This document shows positions 19,986 to 29,879 of a stretch of 64,000 nt of DNA, piece by piece. The position numbers and the translations under genes were made by a program. Below the pieces are notes generated by a model. It was not told where the DNA came from. It saw only the letters and a program-made list of their open reading frames with translations, and searched no databases. This DNA comes from Candidatus Latescibacterota bacterium. GTDB taxonomy: Bacteria; Latescibacterota; UBA2968; UBA8231. Position 1 is the stretch's first letter; each line of letters begins with the position of its first letter. The stretch is from NCBI GenBank assembly GCA_965243025.1, contig CBDETY010000003.1, positions 3,328,001 through 3,392,000 on the forward strand, in the 5' to 3' direction.

Positions 19986-20097
19986 CTGCCCTTTCGCGGC
20001 GGTCACTCCCTACCGGTTTCGGCTTCCGGTTCCATAGGCCCCCCCGCGCCCACGGCGCCGGACTTTTTCCGGGCCAATCCCCCGTTTTTCGGAAATG

Positions 20098-20184
20098 TCA
20101 CCTGATCGGGTGACAGAAAAATCACCTGATCGGGTGACAGAAAAATCACCTGATCAGGTGACAAAAAATCACCTGATCAGGTGA
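20098..20184. promoter_or_regulatory. Array of 4 palindromes TCACCTGATC(A/G)GGTGA, putative operator
   Basis: Units at 20098, 20122, 20146 and 20169; the last two are perfect palindromes. Confidence 0.7.
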
Positions 20185-20558
20185 TACCGGAGCCGTCTGT
20201 CCGGTGCGATCTTTCAATCCAGGACAAACGAAAGATGGCATGGTTTCGCAGAAATGAGGCAGGGCGGCAGAAAGGAGAAACCGCGACGCGCGCACGTTGC
20301 TGCCCCATGCACCCAGGAAGACGAATTTGAAATCGGCCTTACGCGGAAGGTTGTCTCGCTCCCCTATAGTAGTACGACTGTGGAAATACCTTTCCTGGCA
20401 CCTATGGGAGAAAGGCCGATGGAGGAGGTGGAACCGGGAAAAATGGTGGCAGAACGGACTCAGACGTTTGCATAATCACAGAACATGAATGGAGACCGAA
20501 TCAAATGGCTTTGAAGAAAACTCCACAGTAGAAATCCCTAACCGAAGGAAGGCACACC

Positions 20559-21470
20559 ATGACCTCGGTCCGATGCAACGCTGCATGGCTCACCGCCTTT
20601 TGTCTCTGTCTGCCGGCACTGGCTTTGGCGCACGTGGGCGACCGTATATATCCCATTTCTTATCTCAGCGACGAGGCGCTGGCAGAGATTCAGCTCGATG
20701 ACGGTATTGTAGATGAATGGTATGACCTGGCCGGAGAGCCGAACCTGATTATATCGGATTTTACGGACAAAATGAGCGGGACGCCGCTTGATCCGTCTGA
20801 TCTGGATTTTCGCATCTGGTTGGCCTGGCACGACGATCCGGTTCGGCTGTATGTCGCCTTCGTGGGCAGCGATGATGTGTACGAGAATACCCATGATTAC
20901 GATGTGGAAACCAACTTTCGCAATGTTATTTGGACGCATGACAGTATCGGCCTGATCGTGGACGGGGACCACAGCGGCGGTGGGGGCTTTACTGTAGATC
21001 CGACAGAGGAGGAAGTGATCGAGGCTAATGGAAACGCCCAACTATATTCCGCCATTTCCCAGACACCTACGGGTCCAAATATCGGAGGGGGAGGGCGTCC
21101 CTCCGGTTGGATTTATTCGCCTCCTTATGCGGATGGAGGAGGAGGTGTCTTCAGTGAGGCTCCCGTCATCAGCGTGATCGAACTGTACGTTACCCCGTTC
21201 GACAGTTGGGAAGGCTGGGACTACCCGGGACAAATGGAAGTCAGTCAGTTGGCCGCCGGCAAAGTCATCGGCTTCGGAATTATAGTGTACGACCACGACC
21301 CCGATGAACAGGAATGGTGGACCCCTGGACGGATGGAGTGGCGTAGGGCTTGGCGGAGAGACGCAGACGGATTACTCGACGGTCTCCTGCTGCCGGCCGG
21401 CGCCGGACCGGAAGACACCGCGGCCGAGTCGGTCTCCTGGGGGCGGATCAAGGCTTCCCTGATGGAGTAG
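20559..21470 (+). CDS. Secreted CBM9/DOMON-like paralog 2 with WGRIK tail
   Basis: Same conserved blocks; ends TAAESVSWGRIKASLME. Confidence 0.8.
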   Translation: MTSVRCNAAWLTAFCLCLPALALAHVGDRIYPISYLSDEALAEIQLDDGIVDEWYDLAGEPNLIISDFTDKMSGTPLDPSDLDFRIWLAWHDDPVRLYVAFVGSDDVYENTHDYDVETNFRNVIWTHDSIGLIVDGDHSGGGGFTVDPTEEEVIEANGNAQLYSAISQTPTGPNIGGGGRPSGWIYSPPYADGGGGVFSEAPVISVIELYVTPFDSWEGWDYPGQMEVSQLAAGKVIGFGIIVYDHDPDEQEWWTPGRMEWRRAWRRDADGLLDGLLLPAGAGPEDTAAESVSWGRIKASLME

Positions 21471-21525
21471 CCGTACCGTCATCCCCTCATCCAAACCGCG
21501 ACCTGCGAACAGGGAGAAAAGACAG

Positions 21526-22566
21526 ATGACCTGCATCCGCATGAAAAAGCAAGTGCCCCCTGCTCTGAGCGTACTCCTGCTGGTGGCGGTGTCGGCGAGC
21601 CTGTTGGCCCAGGCAGGCCTGCCTGCTCCGTCCGAGGCCGACAGCGGCGGCGGCCGCGTGTTCCCGATCGCCGAGCTCACCGACGGGATGCTGGAACGGA
21701 TTCAACTCGACGACGGGACAGTGGACGAGTGGTTTGATCTGGTCGGCGAGCCGACCCTGACCGGCCTGGATTTCATCGACTTTTGGGGGAGGGAGCCTCC
21801 AGACCCGTCTGATTTTGACTTCCGCATCTGGCTGACCTGGCACGGCGAGCCCGCTCGCCTCTACCTGGCCTTCGTGGCCAGCGATGACCGATACCAAAAC
21901 ACCCACGACTACAGTTCGGATAATATTCTTTCAAGATTTATGATCTTCGGTGATAACGATGCTCTCACCCTGGGAATCGACGGAGATCACAGCGGGGGTG
22001 CCGGGCTCCCGGTCAGCGGTGTCCCTGCTGAGGGGGTAGGGACGGCTATGAGGGAGCAGAGTGGGGAAACTCAGTATTACGAGGCCATTTCCCGCACCAA
22101 CGGTCCGAATCTGGTTGACTACACTGGCCAGGTTATTGAAGACCTCTCTTGGAGGGGCCTGCCTCCTTACGCGGACGCGGGTGGCGGCGTGGCCGGAGAA
22201 GCGCCGGTCATCTGGGTGATCGAGCTGTACGTCACCCCGTTCGACCACGGGGGAGAACCCTGGGACAGCCCCGAAGGGAGCGAGGTCAGCGAATTGGCCG
22301 CAGGACAATTCATCGGTTTTGCGATCGGGGTGCAGGATTTCGACTCCGGAAGTAGGGCCACGGCGGAGTTTGACATGACGCAGTGGGTCCCGGAAGGCGT
22401 GGAATACTCTGCCAATGGAACATTCTCCGACATCAGAAGACATCGCGCGGACTACTTTCTCGATGGGCTGCTGCTGCCGGCCGGCGCGGCCGGTTCCGAA
22501 CCCGAAGGCAGCGCGGTCGAGTCGGTTTCCTGGGGCCGGATCAAGGCTTCTCTTGAGATCGATTAG
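21526..22566 (+). CDS. Secreted CBM9/DOMON-like paralog 3 with WGRIK tail
   Basis: Same blocks; ends SAVESVSWGRIKASLEID. Confidence 0.8.
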   Translation: MTCIRMKKQVPPALSVLLLVAVSASLLAQAGLPAPSEADSGGGRVFPIAELTDGMLERIQLDDGTVDEWFDLVGEPTLTGLDFIDFWGREPPDPSDFDFRIWLTWHGEPARLYLAFVASDDRYQNTHDYSSDNILSRFMIFGDNDALTLGIDGDHSGGAGLPVSGVPAEGVGTAMREQSGETQYYEAISRTNGPNLVDYTGQVIEDLSWRGLPPYADAGGGVAGEAPVIWVIELYVTPFDHGGEPWDSPEGSEVSELAAGQFIGFAIGVQDFDSGSRATAEFDMTQWVPEGVEYSANGTFSDIRRHRADYFLDGLLLPAGAAGSEPEGSAVESVSWGRIKASLEID

Positions 22567-22666
22567 GTGTAATGAACGTGTCGTTTAAAGTTGAGAAACC
22601 CAGGTCTGGTTTGCCGTTCAAGTCGTTCCGACTCCCAGCTGCTGCACTGATCAAAGGAGGTAGTGA

Positions 22667-23656
22667 ATGAGCCGAACTCCAATCGCAAAGCAGAGGAGCA
22701 TGGCCCTCGGCCTGCTCGTCGGGTCGGCCCTGTGGGCCGGCCTGTCTGCCCGGGCAGAAGCCCACCTCGGAGACCGCGTGTACCCGGTTACCTACCTCAG
22801 CGACGAAATGCTGGAAAGGATCGATCTCAAGGATGGGTTGGTGGACGAGTGGTACGAGTTGGTCGGCGAGCCCTCCATGACCCTGCTGGATTTCACGGGA
22901 GAAGAGCCGCATTCGCCTCCTTTGCTACCTGATCCTTCCGACCTGGACTTCCGCATCTGGCTGGCCTGGCACGATGAGCCTGCCCGTCTCTATGTCGCTT
23001 TCGTGGCCAGCGACGACGTGTACAAGAACAACCACGATTACAGCAGTTCTCCATACCTACATGAAAATGACAGCATAATGCTGGCAATCGACGGAGACCA
23101 TAGCGGAGGAAGGGGGGGTGACTCCAACACTCCACTGGAAGAAGCTATCGAGATTCATGGGCAAGCTCCGTCTTACCAGGCTATTTCCCGCACTGCCAGC
23201 GGTCCGACCTTGAATGATGTGTCCTATAGGGTCCAGATTGGACAGGCTTCATGGACGACCTTGCCACCCTATGCTGAAGGCGGCGGCGGCGTGGCCGGAG
23301 AAGCGCCGGTCATCTGGGTGATCGAGCTGTACGTGACGCCGTTCGACCGCTGGGGGGAAACGTGGGAAAGCCCCGAGGGGAGCGTGATCAGCCCTTTTGC
23401 CGCAGGACAGGTGATCGGTTTCGCGATGGTAGTGCTTGACCATGACCCGCCTGCATTTGATGCCAAAAGATGGTCGGTCGATGTTCAGCAACCAGACGAG
23501 ACCGACACCACGTTCTGGAACATAATTCGCAATCGGGCGGATACCTTTCTCGACGGGCTGCTGCTGCCCGCTGGAGACACTGCGGTCGAGTCGGTTTCCT
23601 ATGGTCGAATCAAGGCCGCTCTGGACTCGGGTTGGAGCACGGAAGAAAACCCATGA
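22667..23656 (+). CDS. Secreted CBM9/DOMON-like paralog 4 with variant YGRIK tail
   Basis: AAAGGAGGT RBS; same blocks; TAVESVSYGRIKAAL plus a short extension. Confidence 0.8.
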   Translation: MSRTPIAKQRSMALGLLVGSALWAGLSARAEAHLGDRVYPVTYLSDEMLERIDLKDGLVDEWYELVGEPSMTLLDFTGEEPHSPPLLPDPSDLDFRIWLAWHDEPARLYVAFVASDDVYKNNHDYSSSPYLHENDSIMLAIDGDHSGGRGGDSNTPLEEAIEIHGQAPSYQAISRTASGPTLNDVSYRVQIGQASWTTLPPYAEGGGGVAGEAPVIWVIELYVTPFDRWGETWESPEGSVISPFAAGQVIGFAMVVLDHDPPAFDAKRWSVDVQQPDETDTTFWNIIRNRADTFLDGLLLPAGDTAVESVSYGRIKAALDSGWSTEENP

Positions 23657-24299
23657 GTTTGTGCCGCCTACGGCCTCCGGCGCCCTAGTCCTTGTCCTCT
23701 GGCCGGCAATGCCGGCGGTTCCCTCCCGGCAAGACTAAGGGAGTCAGTGGGGAGCAGAGGCAGCCGAGCGCCCAGGCTCTCCGGTCTGCCTTCACCTCCT
23801 CTGTGGATGGTGGCCCCCCGGCTACCCGCTGCCTACCCCCTTCCGCAGCGTAGTCCCGCAAAAGACCATGCCGGGGGACACTCACCACCAGCCGGTTCGC
23901 CGGCTTTCGGGATGCCCTCGCCTCATAGTTCCGGGCAGTCAGCACCCTTGACGTAGCCGCTCCTGATACCCCCAAGCACACCGACCCGGTCTGACCTCCC
24001 CCACCATCCCCCCCTCCTCCGCTTGCAGAAAACCAAAGTTTCCCACCGACGTTACGGGGTTTTTCGAACTTCCCCGAAGGCCGATTTGCCTTTATAATTT
24101 TCCGGAATACACTAGAGGCACATGCAACGGGAATCCGGCAGCATCCACCGCCGCCTTCCCAGTCCCTTCTGTCGGTGCCACACCGACAGATCACCTTCCC
24201 ACCGAAACCCGAAAGGACTGCCATGGGAGCGTGAATCACATCGTTTTGTAAGGGCCGCCTGGTTTCAACACGGTACTCCACGGCCCGAAGGTAATTGGA

Positions 24300-25325
24300 A
24301 TGGAAAATGACAATGGTATCTCGTTACTCGATTTGTTCAGCATGTTTCCAGACGATGCAACCGCAGAGAGATGGTTCGAAGAGCAAAGATGGGGGAAGAT
24401 CGTAGATGGCCTTCCCGAATCCATATACTGCCCGCACTGGGGCTGCTCCGGCATGATCTCGGAATGTCCCGACCGCAAGCCCATGGCCTACTGGTGCGGC
24501 GACTGTCGAAACCACTTCAGCGTTCGCACAGGAGGGGTGTCCCACTCCAAGGTCCCCTTGCAGAAATGGGCCATCGCCATCTACCTGCACCTGTCTCGCC
24601 CGCAGGGAATCAGCGCCTGTCAGCTTGCCCGCGACATCAGGGTAACGCGTAAAACGGCCTTGTCCATGCTGCACCGCATTCGGGAGGGCTGGCCCGATCC
24701 CGAACCGCTGCGCAGCAAGTTCCTCGAAATCGACGAAGCCTGGTTCGGCGGAGACGATAAGAAGAGGCACCGCAACAAGAAATTCGGGAACCACTGGAGG
24801 AAGGGCAGGGTTCAGGCACTCGCAGTGGTAGACCGGGAAAGCGGCAGGGCGGACGCCGGGATGATCCTCCAAGCCGATCAGGAAACCGTGGCCCCCTTGG
24901 TAGAGAAGAATCTGGATGAAAATGAAACCCTGTGCAGCGACGAGGCCCCAGTCTATGCGGCCTTGAAATGGCCGGGGAGACACGAGATCGTCAACCACCG
25001 GAGAGGCGAATACGTCCGGGGCGAGGCCCATACGAACACCATCGAGTCGTTCTGGGCCAAGGCGAAGGGAACGATTCGCTGGACCTATCGACACGTATCT
25101 CCCAAGTATTTCCCCCGCTACCTCAAGGAGATCGTCGGCAGGCACAATGTCCGGGGAATGGCTCTCCTGGATCAGATGAAGCTGCTTGTGTCCGGCATGC
25201 TGGGGAAACGGCTGACCTACCAAGACCTGCTGGCGACGGAGGTCCCCCCGGTTCCCTACACCCATCATCGGTGGAAGGAGGGCGAACCCTTCCGAAAGTT
25301 CAGCAAGATGACAAACCCCCGGTGA
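24300..25325 (+). mobile_element. IS1595-family DDE transposase
   Basis: Zn ribbon (CPHWGC..WCGDC), EIDEAWFGG, SDEAPVY, VNH..GEYV.GEAHTNTIESFW, HVSPKY..RY; a paired set of IRs was not identified. Confidence 0.9.
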
Positions 25326-26060
25326 AATCAACGGGGTGCAGGGATGCTCTCCGGTCCGGCTGCTCGTTGCAAGCAGGCTCTACGATCCAGGTGCCCGAAG
25401 GCTCCGAACCGGCCTGATCTGTGGATGGGGAATGCCCGATGCAGAGACCGCTGCGAGTCGCCGACTCAGATCAGGCAGGAGTCCCGGTTCCCTCCTCGAT
25501 CAGAGTGGGTTTCGATCCAGGAATGAGATCCAGCTTGCCTGGCCATCTTGTCGACCAAACGGCATGATCTCCTCCTCACCTGGACGACGACGGCTTTGCA
25601 GACCCCGGGAGAATTCGCGCATCCTCTCCTCGATCAGAACGCGGCTTTTCCGATCCACGGTGCAGAGGAGATCGACGTTCCGACTCGGGGATTTCCTGGT
25701 CATTTCCCAAAGGAGATCCGGGAGATGCAGATCGGATCCACGGACCACGGAGTCAAATGTCCCATTTGGGACAATTCGAAATGTTTGAGATCTTGCATCC
25801 ATCGATGCGGCCGTTCATTCCCCGCCACTCTCCCTGCGGCAGCTTGCAGACCCAGGGGGAATCCGCGCATCCCCTCCAGGGTGCCAATCTGGCAGGTTTC
25901 TCCGGTCAGCACGCAATCATGTGGAATTGTCAGCCAGCCGACATCCCCCGTCTCCGGGCTAAACAGTAGGGACTGGGGTGTCCGGTTCTCTGCATTTTCT
26001 CTATTATATTATACCAGATTTTATTTAAATTCGCGGAGGAGAATACTAAAATACCGTTGC

Positions 26061-26081
26061 TGAGTTATGTATATAATTCCC
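26061..26081 (-). mobile_element. Possible IS1595 (ISNwi1-group-like) terminal repeat GGGAATTATATACATAACTCA
   Basis: Sharp GC-to-AT switch exactly where the MFS gene is cut; matches the ggnnATTAT end pattern as recalled for this group. Confidence 0.4.
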
Positions 26082-26802
26082 CGGCGAACAGGCGCCGGAG
26101 CTCAAGCGGCCTGCGGGGCCGGGCACGGCCGGAGGGGCGGTCGAGGCCCCGGGTTGCCCGGAAGGTGATCCAGGCCGCCAGCACGATGGGGAGAGCCAGC
26201 CACCGGCTGGCCAGACCGCGGGCCTCGGCGCCGGCCGCTGCCCCCTGCTCGTCCATCTGGACCAGAACCAGGCCGGGCAGCCAGAGGCCGGCGAGGGCGC
26301 CCACCGTGCCGAAAAGCCGCTTGTAAGCGAACAGCTGGGTGCGCTCGTGGCGGTCGAAGCTCAGCTCGCCCCCGAGGGCCGCGTGCGGCACCCCGACCAC
26401 GGTCATGGCGGTGTTGAGCAGGACGAACGAGACCAGCAGGAAGGCGAAGCGCGCGGCGTTGCCGTCGAGGGGCGGCGGGTTGAACATCCAGATGAAGGTG
26501 ACGGCCAGCAGGCAGGCCCCGGGCAGCAGGAAGGGGCGCCGGCGGCCGCCGCTCCAGCGGGAACGGTCGGAGATGCCGCCCATCAGGGGGTCGCTGACCG
26601 CGTCCCAGACAATGGCCAGCGCCAGCGCCAGGCCGGTGTAGAGCGCCGGCAGCCCGACGACGACGTTGTAGAACTTGAAGAGGTAGATCTGCACCATCGA
26701 CTCCACGGCGGCCAGGCCGAAATCGGCGGCGCCGTAGCCGAGCTTGATGCGATGGGACAGGGACGCGTCCGCTTCGAGCTTCGGCGCCGTCTCGGGTTCC
26801 AT
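26065..26802 (-). pseudogene. 3'-truncated MFS transporter (MelB/GPH family)
   Basis: KLGYG, WDAVSDPLMGGISDRS.W.GGRRRPF, ELS..ERT; only the N-terminal half (~245 aa) is present. Confidence 0.8.
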
Positions 26803-26985
26803 GGGGCAATCTCCGGTGCGCTTCCGCCCCGAAAAACGGCGGGGCACCGTGCGACGGGCAAATCGCCGGCGGCCATGCGGGGAGGCAGCGTCCCGGCCGC
26901 GGCTTGATGCGGGCTCGGGGATGCCTGTATCATCACGGCCGCAAGCCCTTTCGCAGGATCACCTCTTTCGAAACGGAGACACCCG

Positions 26986-27630
26986 ATGGCGCTTGAACAG
27001 CCCGGCCCCTACCCCGTCCGGTTCTCGATCGACTACCCCGAGTCCAGCCGCAGACTCACAACCTTCTTCAGGCTTCTCCTGGCGATCCCGATCCTCATCG
27101 TTCTGGGCCTGATCAGCGGTGCCCCATTATCAGACGACGTGACCGATTCCCAGTGGACGACTCCGCTGATCGCGGGCGGCCTGCTCTGGATTCCCACCCT
27201 CCTGATGATCCTGTTCCGCCGGAAGTACCCGCGCTGGTGGTTCGACTGGAACCTCGAGCTGACCCGCTTCGTGACCAGGGTATACGCCTACCTGATGCTG
27301 CTTCAGGACGACTACCCGTCCACCGACGAACAGCAGGGGGTCCACCTCGACATCCCCTACCCGGACGCGGAAGGCCAGCTCAACCGGTTCCTGCCCCTGT
27401 TCAAGTGGATCCTGGCGATTCCGCACTACATCGCCCTGGCGGTGATCGGGACCCTGGCGGTGGCGGTGACCGTCATCGCCTGGTTCGCGATCCTGATCGC
27501 CGGCCGCTACCCGAGGGAGCTGTTCCTGTTCGTGGAGGGGGTCTTCCGCTGGGCCTTGAGGGTGGGGGCTTACGCTTTTCTGCTGACTACCGACCGCTAC
27601 CCGCCGTTCCGGTTCGGCGCGGATTCCTGA
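26986..27630 (+). CDS. DUF4389 membrane protein
   Basis: Two repeats RL..FRLLLAIP..YPR..F..RV.AY..L..D.YP. Confidence 0.85.
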   Translation: MALEQPGPYPVRFSIDYPESSRRLTTFFRLLLAIPILIVLGLISGAPLSDDVTDSQWTTPLIAGGLLWIPTLLMILFRRKYPRWWFDWNLELTRFVTRVYAYLMLLQDDYPSTDEQQGVHLDIPYPDAEGQLNRFLPLFKWILAIPHYIALAVIGTLAVAVTVIAWFAILIAGRYPRELFLFVEGVFRWALRVGAYAFLLTTDRYPPFRFGADS

Positions 27631-27765
27631 GGTTGGGTCCGTCTCCTGAACCGCCTGCACCCTGGTAGATCTGCTCCGTCGACTCCACGGCTGACGAGCC
27701 GAAACAGGCGGCCCCTTGGCCGTCCTTGACGTAATGGGCGAAGTCAGGTCGCCGGCAGAGTAGGC

Positions 27766-28560
27766 TTACGCCCTCCGCGCTACCCAGACCTGCTCGCCCC
27801 CGTGGTGGAAGGGGCCGCGGTCGAAGCCGCCGTAGAGCGCCTCCACCGCGAAGCCGCTCAGCTCCAGGAGGTGCTCCATCTCGTAGCGGTAGACCCAGCG
27901 CAGAGCGAGCGTCGCATGGGTCCAGGACACGACCCGCCCGCCGGCCTCCAGCTCCTCGAACAGCCGCTCCTCCTCGATCGTCTGCTTCGCCGCGTCGAAG
28001 CGGCGCCTCACCCACCCGACGACCTGGCGGCCCGTCTCCGGATGGGTGAACTCGCTGTCCTTTTCCAGGGGGTTGCCGCGGTGCCCGAGATGAGAGGCGA
28101 TCATGTCCAGCCGGGGATCGAAGATGTTGAACACGAGGCGGCCTTCCTCGGTCAGGTGGTCGCGGATGCGGCCCAGGGCCTGGCGCTGGTCGGCCGGGGT
28201 CATCAGGTGCAGGAACGACCGGAAGGGGATGATGACGAGGTCGAAGCGCCGGCGGAGGGAGAAGGAGCGCATGTCGCCCTCGACCAGTTCGATGCGCTGC
28301 CGCGTCGCTTCCCGGAGCCGAGCGACCTTCTTCCTGGCCGCCGAGAGCATCGCCGGCGAGCTGTCCAAGCCCACCACCGGCACCCCGGCATGGGCGATCG
28401 GGATCAGGACGCGCCCCGTTCCGCAGGCCAACTCCAGGACCGGCGACCCGGCCTGCCGGGCTTCCTGTACATAGAAGGCGACGTCGCCGCGCTCGCCCTC
28501 CAGCTCGGCCCGCCCGAAGGTGCGGTCGTAGAGGTCTGCGGCGGCGGCGTAGAAGTCCAT
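27766..28560 (-). CDS. Class I SAM-dependent methyltransferase
   Basis: VLELACGTGR, GLDSS, GDMRSF, PFRSFLHL. Confidence 0.9.
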   Translation of the reverse strand: MDFYAAAADLYDRTFGRAELEGERGDVAFYVQEARQAGSPVLELACGTGRVLIPIAHAGVPVVGLDSSPAMLSAARKKVARLREATRQRIELVEGDMRSFSLRRRFDLVIIPFRSFLHLMTPADQRQALGRIRDHLTEEGRLVFNIFDPRLDMIASHLGHRGNPLEKDSEFTHPETGRQVVGWVRRRFDAAKQTIEEERLFEELEAGGRVVSWTHATLALRWVYRYEMEHLLELSGFAVEALYGGFDRGPFHHGGEQVWVARRA

Positions 28561-28729
28561 TTACCGCAATCTATGGCTGGATTTGTGCCTTCACCGGCGA
28601 GTGGCGGTCGTCGGCCTGAAGCAGGAGGGGGCCCAGAAACAGCAGGGACATCGGGTGAGCAAGATGCATGGTTCTTTTTACGGGGCCGCCTTGAATGGCT
28701 GCAAAACGAGAGATGGCCGATCCAAGCAG

Positions 28730-28808
28730 GGTTCATCTTGCAGATGGCCCAGGTGCCGAGGTTCTTCTCCTGGCCGTGGAGGGTCAGGTTGCGCGGGTTG
28801 CCCCCGCG
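28730..28808 (-). pseudogene. hsdM: Internal fragment of type I restriction-modification M subunit
   Basis: Minus strand reads RGGNPRNLTLHGQEKNLGTWAICKMN. Confidence 0.65.
28774..28808. repeat. 35-bp exact direct repeat, copy 1
   Basis: CCGTGGAGGGTCAGGTTGCGCGGGTTGCCCCCGCG also at 31056..31090. Confidence 0.9.
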
Positions 28809-28821
28809 ACCGGCGATGGGG

Positions 28822-29235
28822 TCAACCCGGTGAGGAGGGATCGAGCAACTTGAGCCCGGAGAAATAGTCCCGCAGGTATCCCCGGTCGCGCGCCACGAGG
28901 CGGTCGGCCTGCGTCTGCGCGTGGGCGCCGATCAGGAAGTCGGCCACGATTCGACGGCGTGCGCCTCCCCGTTGCAGATATGCGGCGAAGTGGCGGCCGG
29001 CCAGGATCGCGCTCTGCCGTGAGGATGGCACGAACTCCACCTGCCAGTCGGTGAGGAACTCCTCGAAGGAGTCCGGACCGTCGAATGCCGGATGGATCTC
29101 GGCGAGGACGCATTCACAGGCGATGACCTGCCCTTCCCGTGACGCGCGGAGCAGGACCCCTTCGGACTCATCGGCGTGACGGGGGTCGGCAGTGACGACG
29201 TCCAGAATGACGGATGAGTCGACGGCCGAGATCAT
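28822..29235 (-). CDS. vapC: PIN-domain toxin (VapC family)
   Basis: AVDSSVILD..VLAEI..ADFLIGAHA..RD; ATGA overlap with the antitoxin. Confidence 0.85.
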   Translation of the reverse strand: MISAVDSSVILDVVTADPRHADESEGVLLRASREGQVIACECVLAEIHPAFDGPDSFEEFLTDWQVEFVPSSRQSAILAGRHFAAYLQRGGARRRIVADFLIGAHAQTQADRLVARDRGYLRDYFSGLKLLDPSSPG

Positions 29236-29453
29236 CCCCGTACTTCGTCGAGGTATTCGTCGACTCCAAGCCCGGTCGGAAGCCGGCCGCGACCCCTCCA
29301 CTTGCGGAACACGTTCTCAGGTTGAACCTTGCGCACCACGAGGATCCCGTCCCTGGCCTCGAAATTCAGGACGGTGCCCTTCTTGAGCCCGAGCTTGTCG
29401 CGGCAGGGCTTCGGAATGGTCACCTGCCCTCTTTGAGAGAGTGTAGCCTCCAT
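29232..29453 (-). CDS. AbrB/MazE-family antitoxin
   Basis: LSQRGQVTIPK..RDKLGL..G; AAAGGAGGT RBS. Confidence 0.9.
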   Translation of the reverse strand: MEATLSQRGQVTIPKPCRDKLGLKKGTVLNFEARDGILVVRKVQPENVFRKWRGRGRLPTGLGVDEYLDEVRG

Positions 29454-29573
29454 GTCACCTCCTTTGAATACGTACTGAAACAGTATGTATTCTTATTTCG
29501 AAGATCAACATTGGACATCCCGTAGACGCGATGGGTGCCCCGCCCCCCGGGCCGGACTTCCGGACAGCACGCC

Positions 29574-29870
29574 TTAAAGGTCGTACCCCAACTCCGCCAG
29601 ATACCGGTTCATCGTCGCCTCGGCCGCCGACGCTCCTCCTTCTCCAGCTGCCGCAGCTTCCGCACCGCCTCGCCGACGTCGATCCGCTCCTCCTCGTCCG
29701 AGGTATCCACATAATGGCTGATGTTGAGGTTCCAGTCTTCTGTTCGATCTCGGCGAGCGGCACCACCCGCGCGTACTTCTCCACGTCGGCGTACGCATGG
29801 AACGTCCTTGAGATATGCTCGATGTCCTGATCGCGCAGCCGGTTCTGGTTGGTCCCCTCCTCCGCAACTG
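29574..29870 (-). pseudogene. hsdM: C-terminal fragment of type I RM M subunit, frameshifted
   Basis: EGTNQNRLRDQDIEHI..VEKYARVV...YVDT..EERIDV...MNRYLAELGY spread over several frames. Confidence 0.75.
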
Positions 29871-29879
29871 GCTGTCCGC

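Larger units (their letters stand above)
19777..20213 (+). repeat. Copy 2 of the direct duplication
   Basis: Near-identical to 17530..17945 with one extra palindrome unit. Confidence 0.9.

Noticed and set aside
17853-20184. Palindrome arrays as mini-CRISPR
   Set aside because: Linkers are only 7-8 bp, nearly identical A-tracts with no unique spacers, and there are no cas genes in the window
20254-20475. Small ORF after the second array as a second peptide gene
   Set aside because: No signal peptide, Cys pattern or clear RBS
18565-23656. Diversity-generating retroelement behind the paralog variation
   Set aside because: No reverse transcriptase in the window, no template/variable repeat pair with adenine-specific mismatches seen, and the variation includes indels
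23657-24299. Structured ncRNA or group II intron remnant
   Set aside because: No recognisable conserved RNA motif; cannot be supported without a covariance search
25500-25802. Passenger gene in the IS region
   Set aside because: No recognisable motif or RBS, and several equally weak ORFs overlap it
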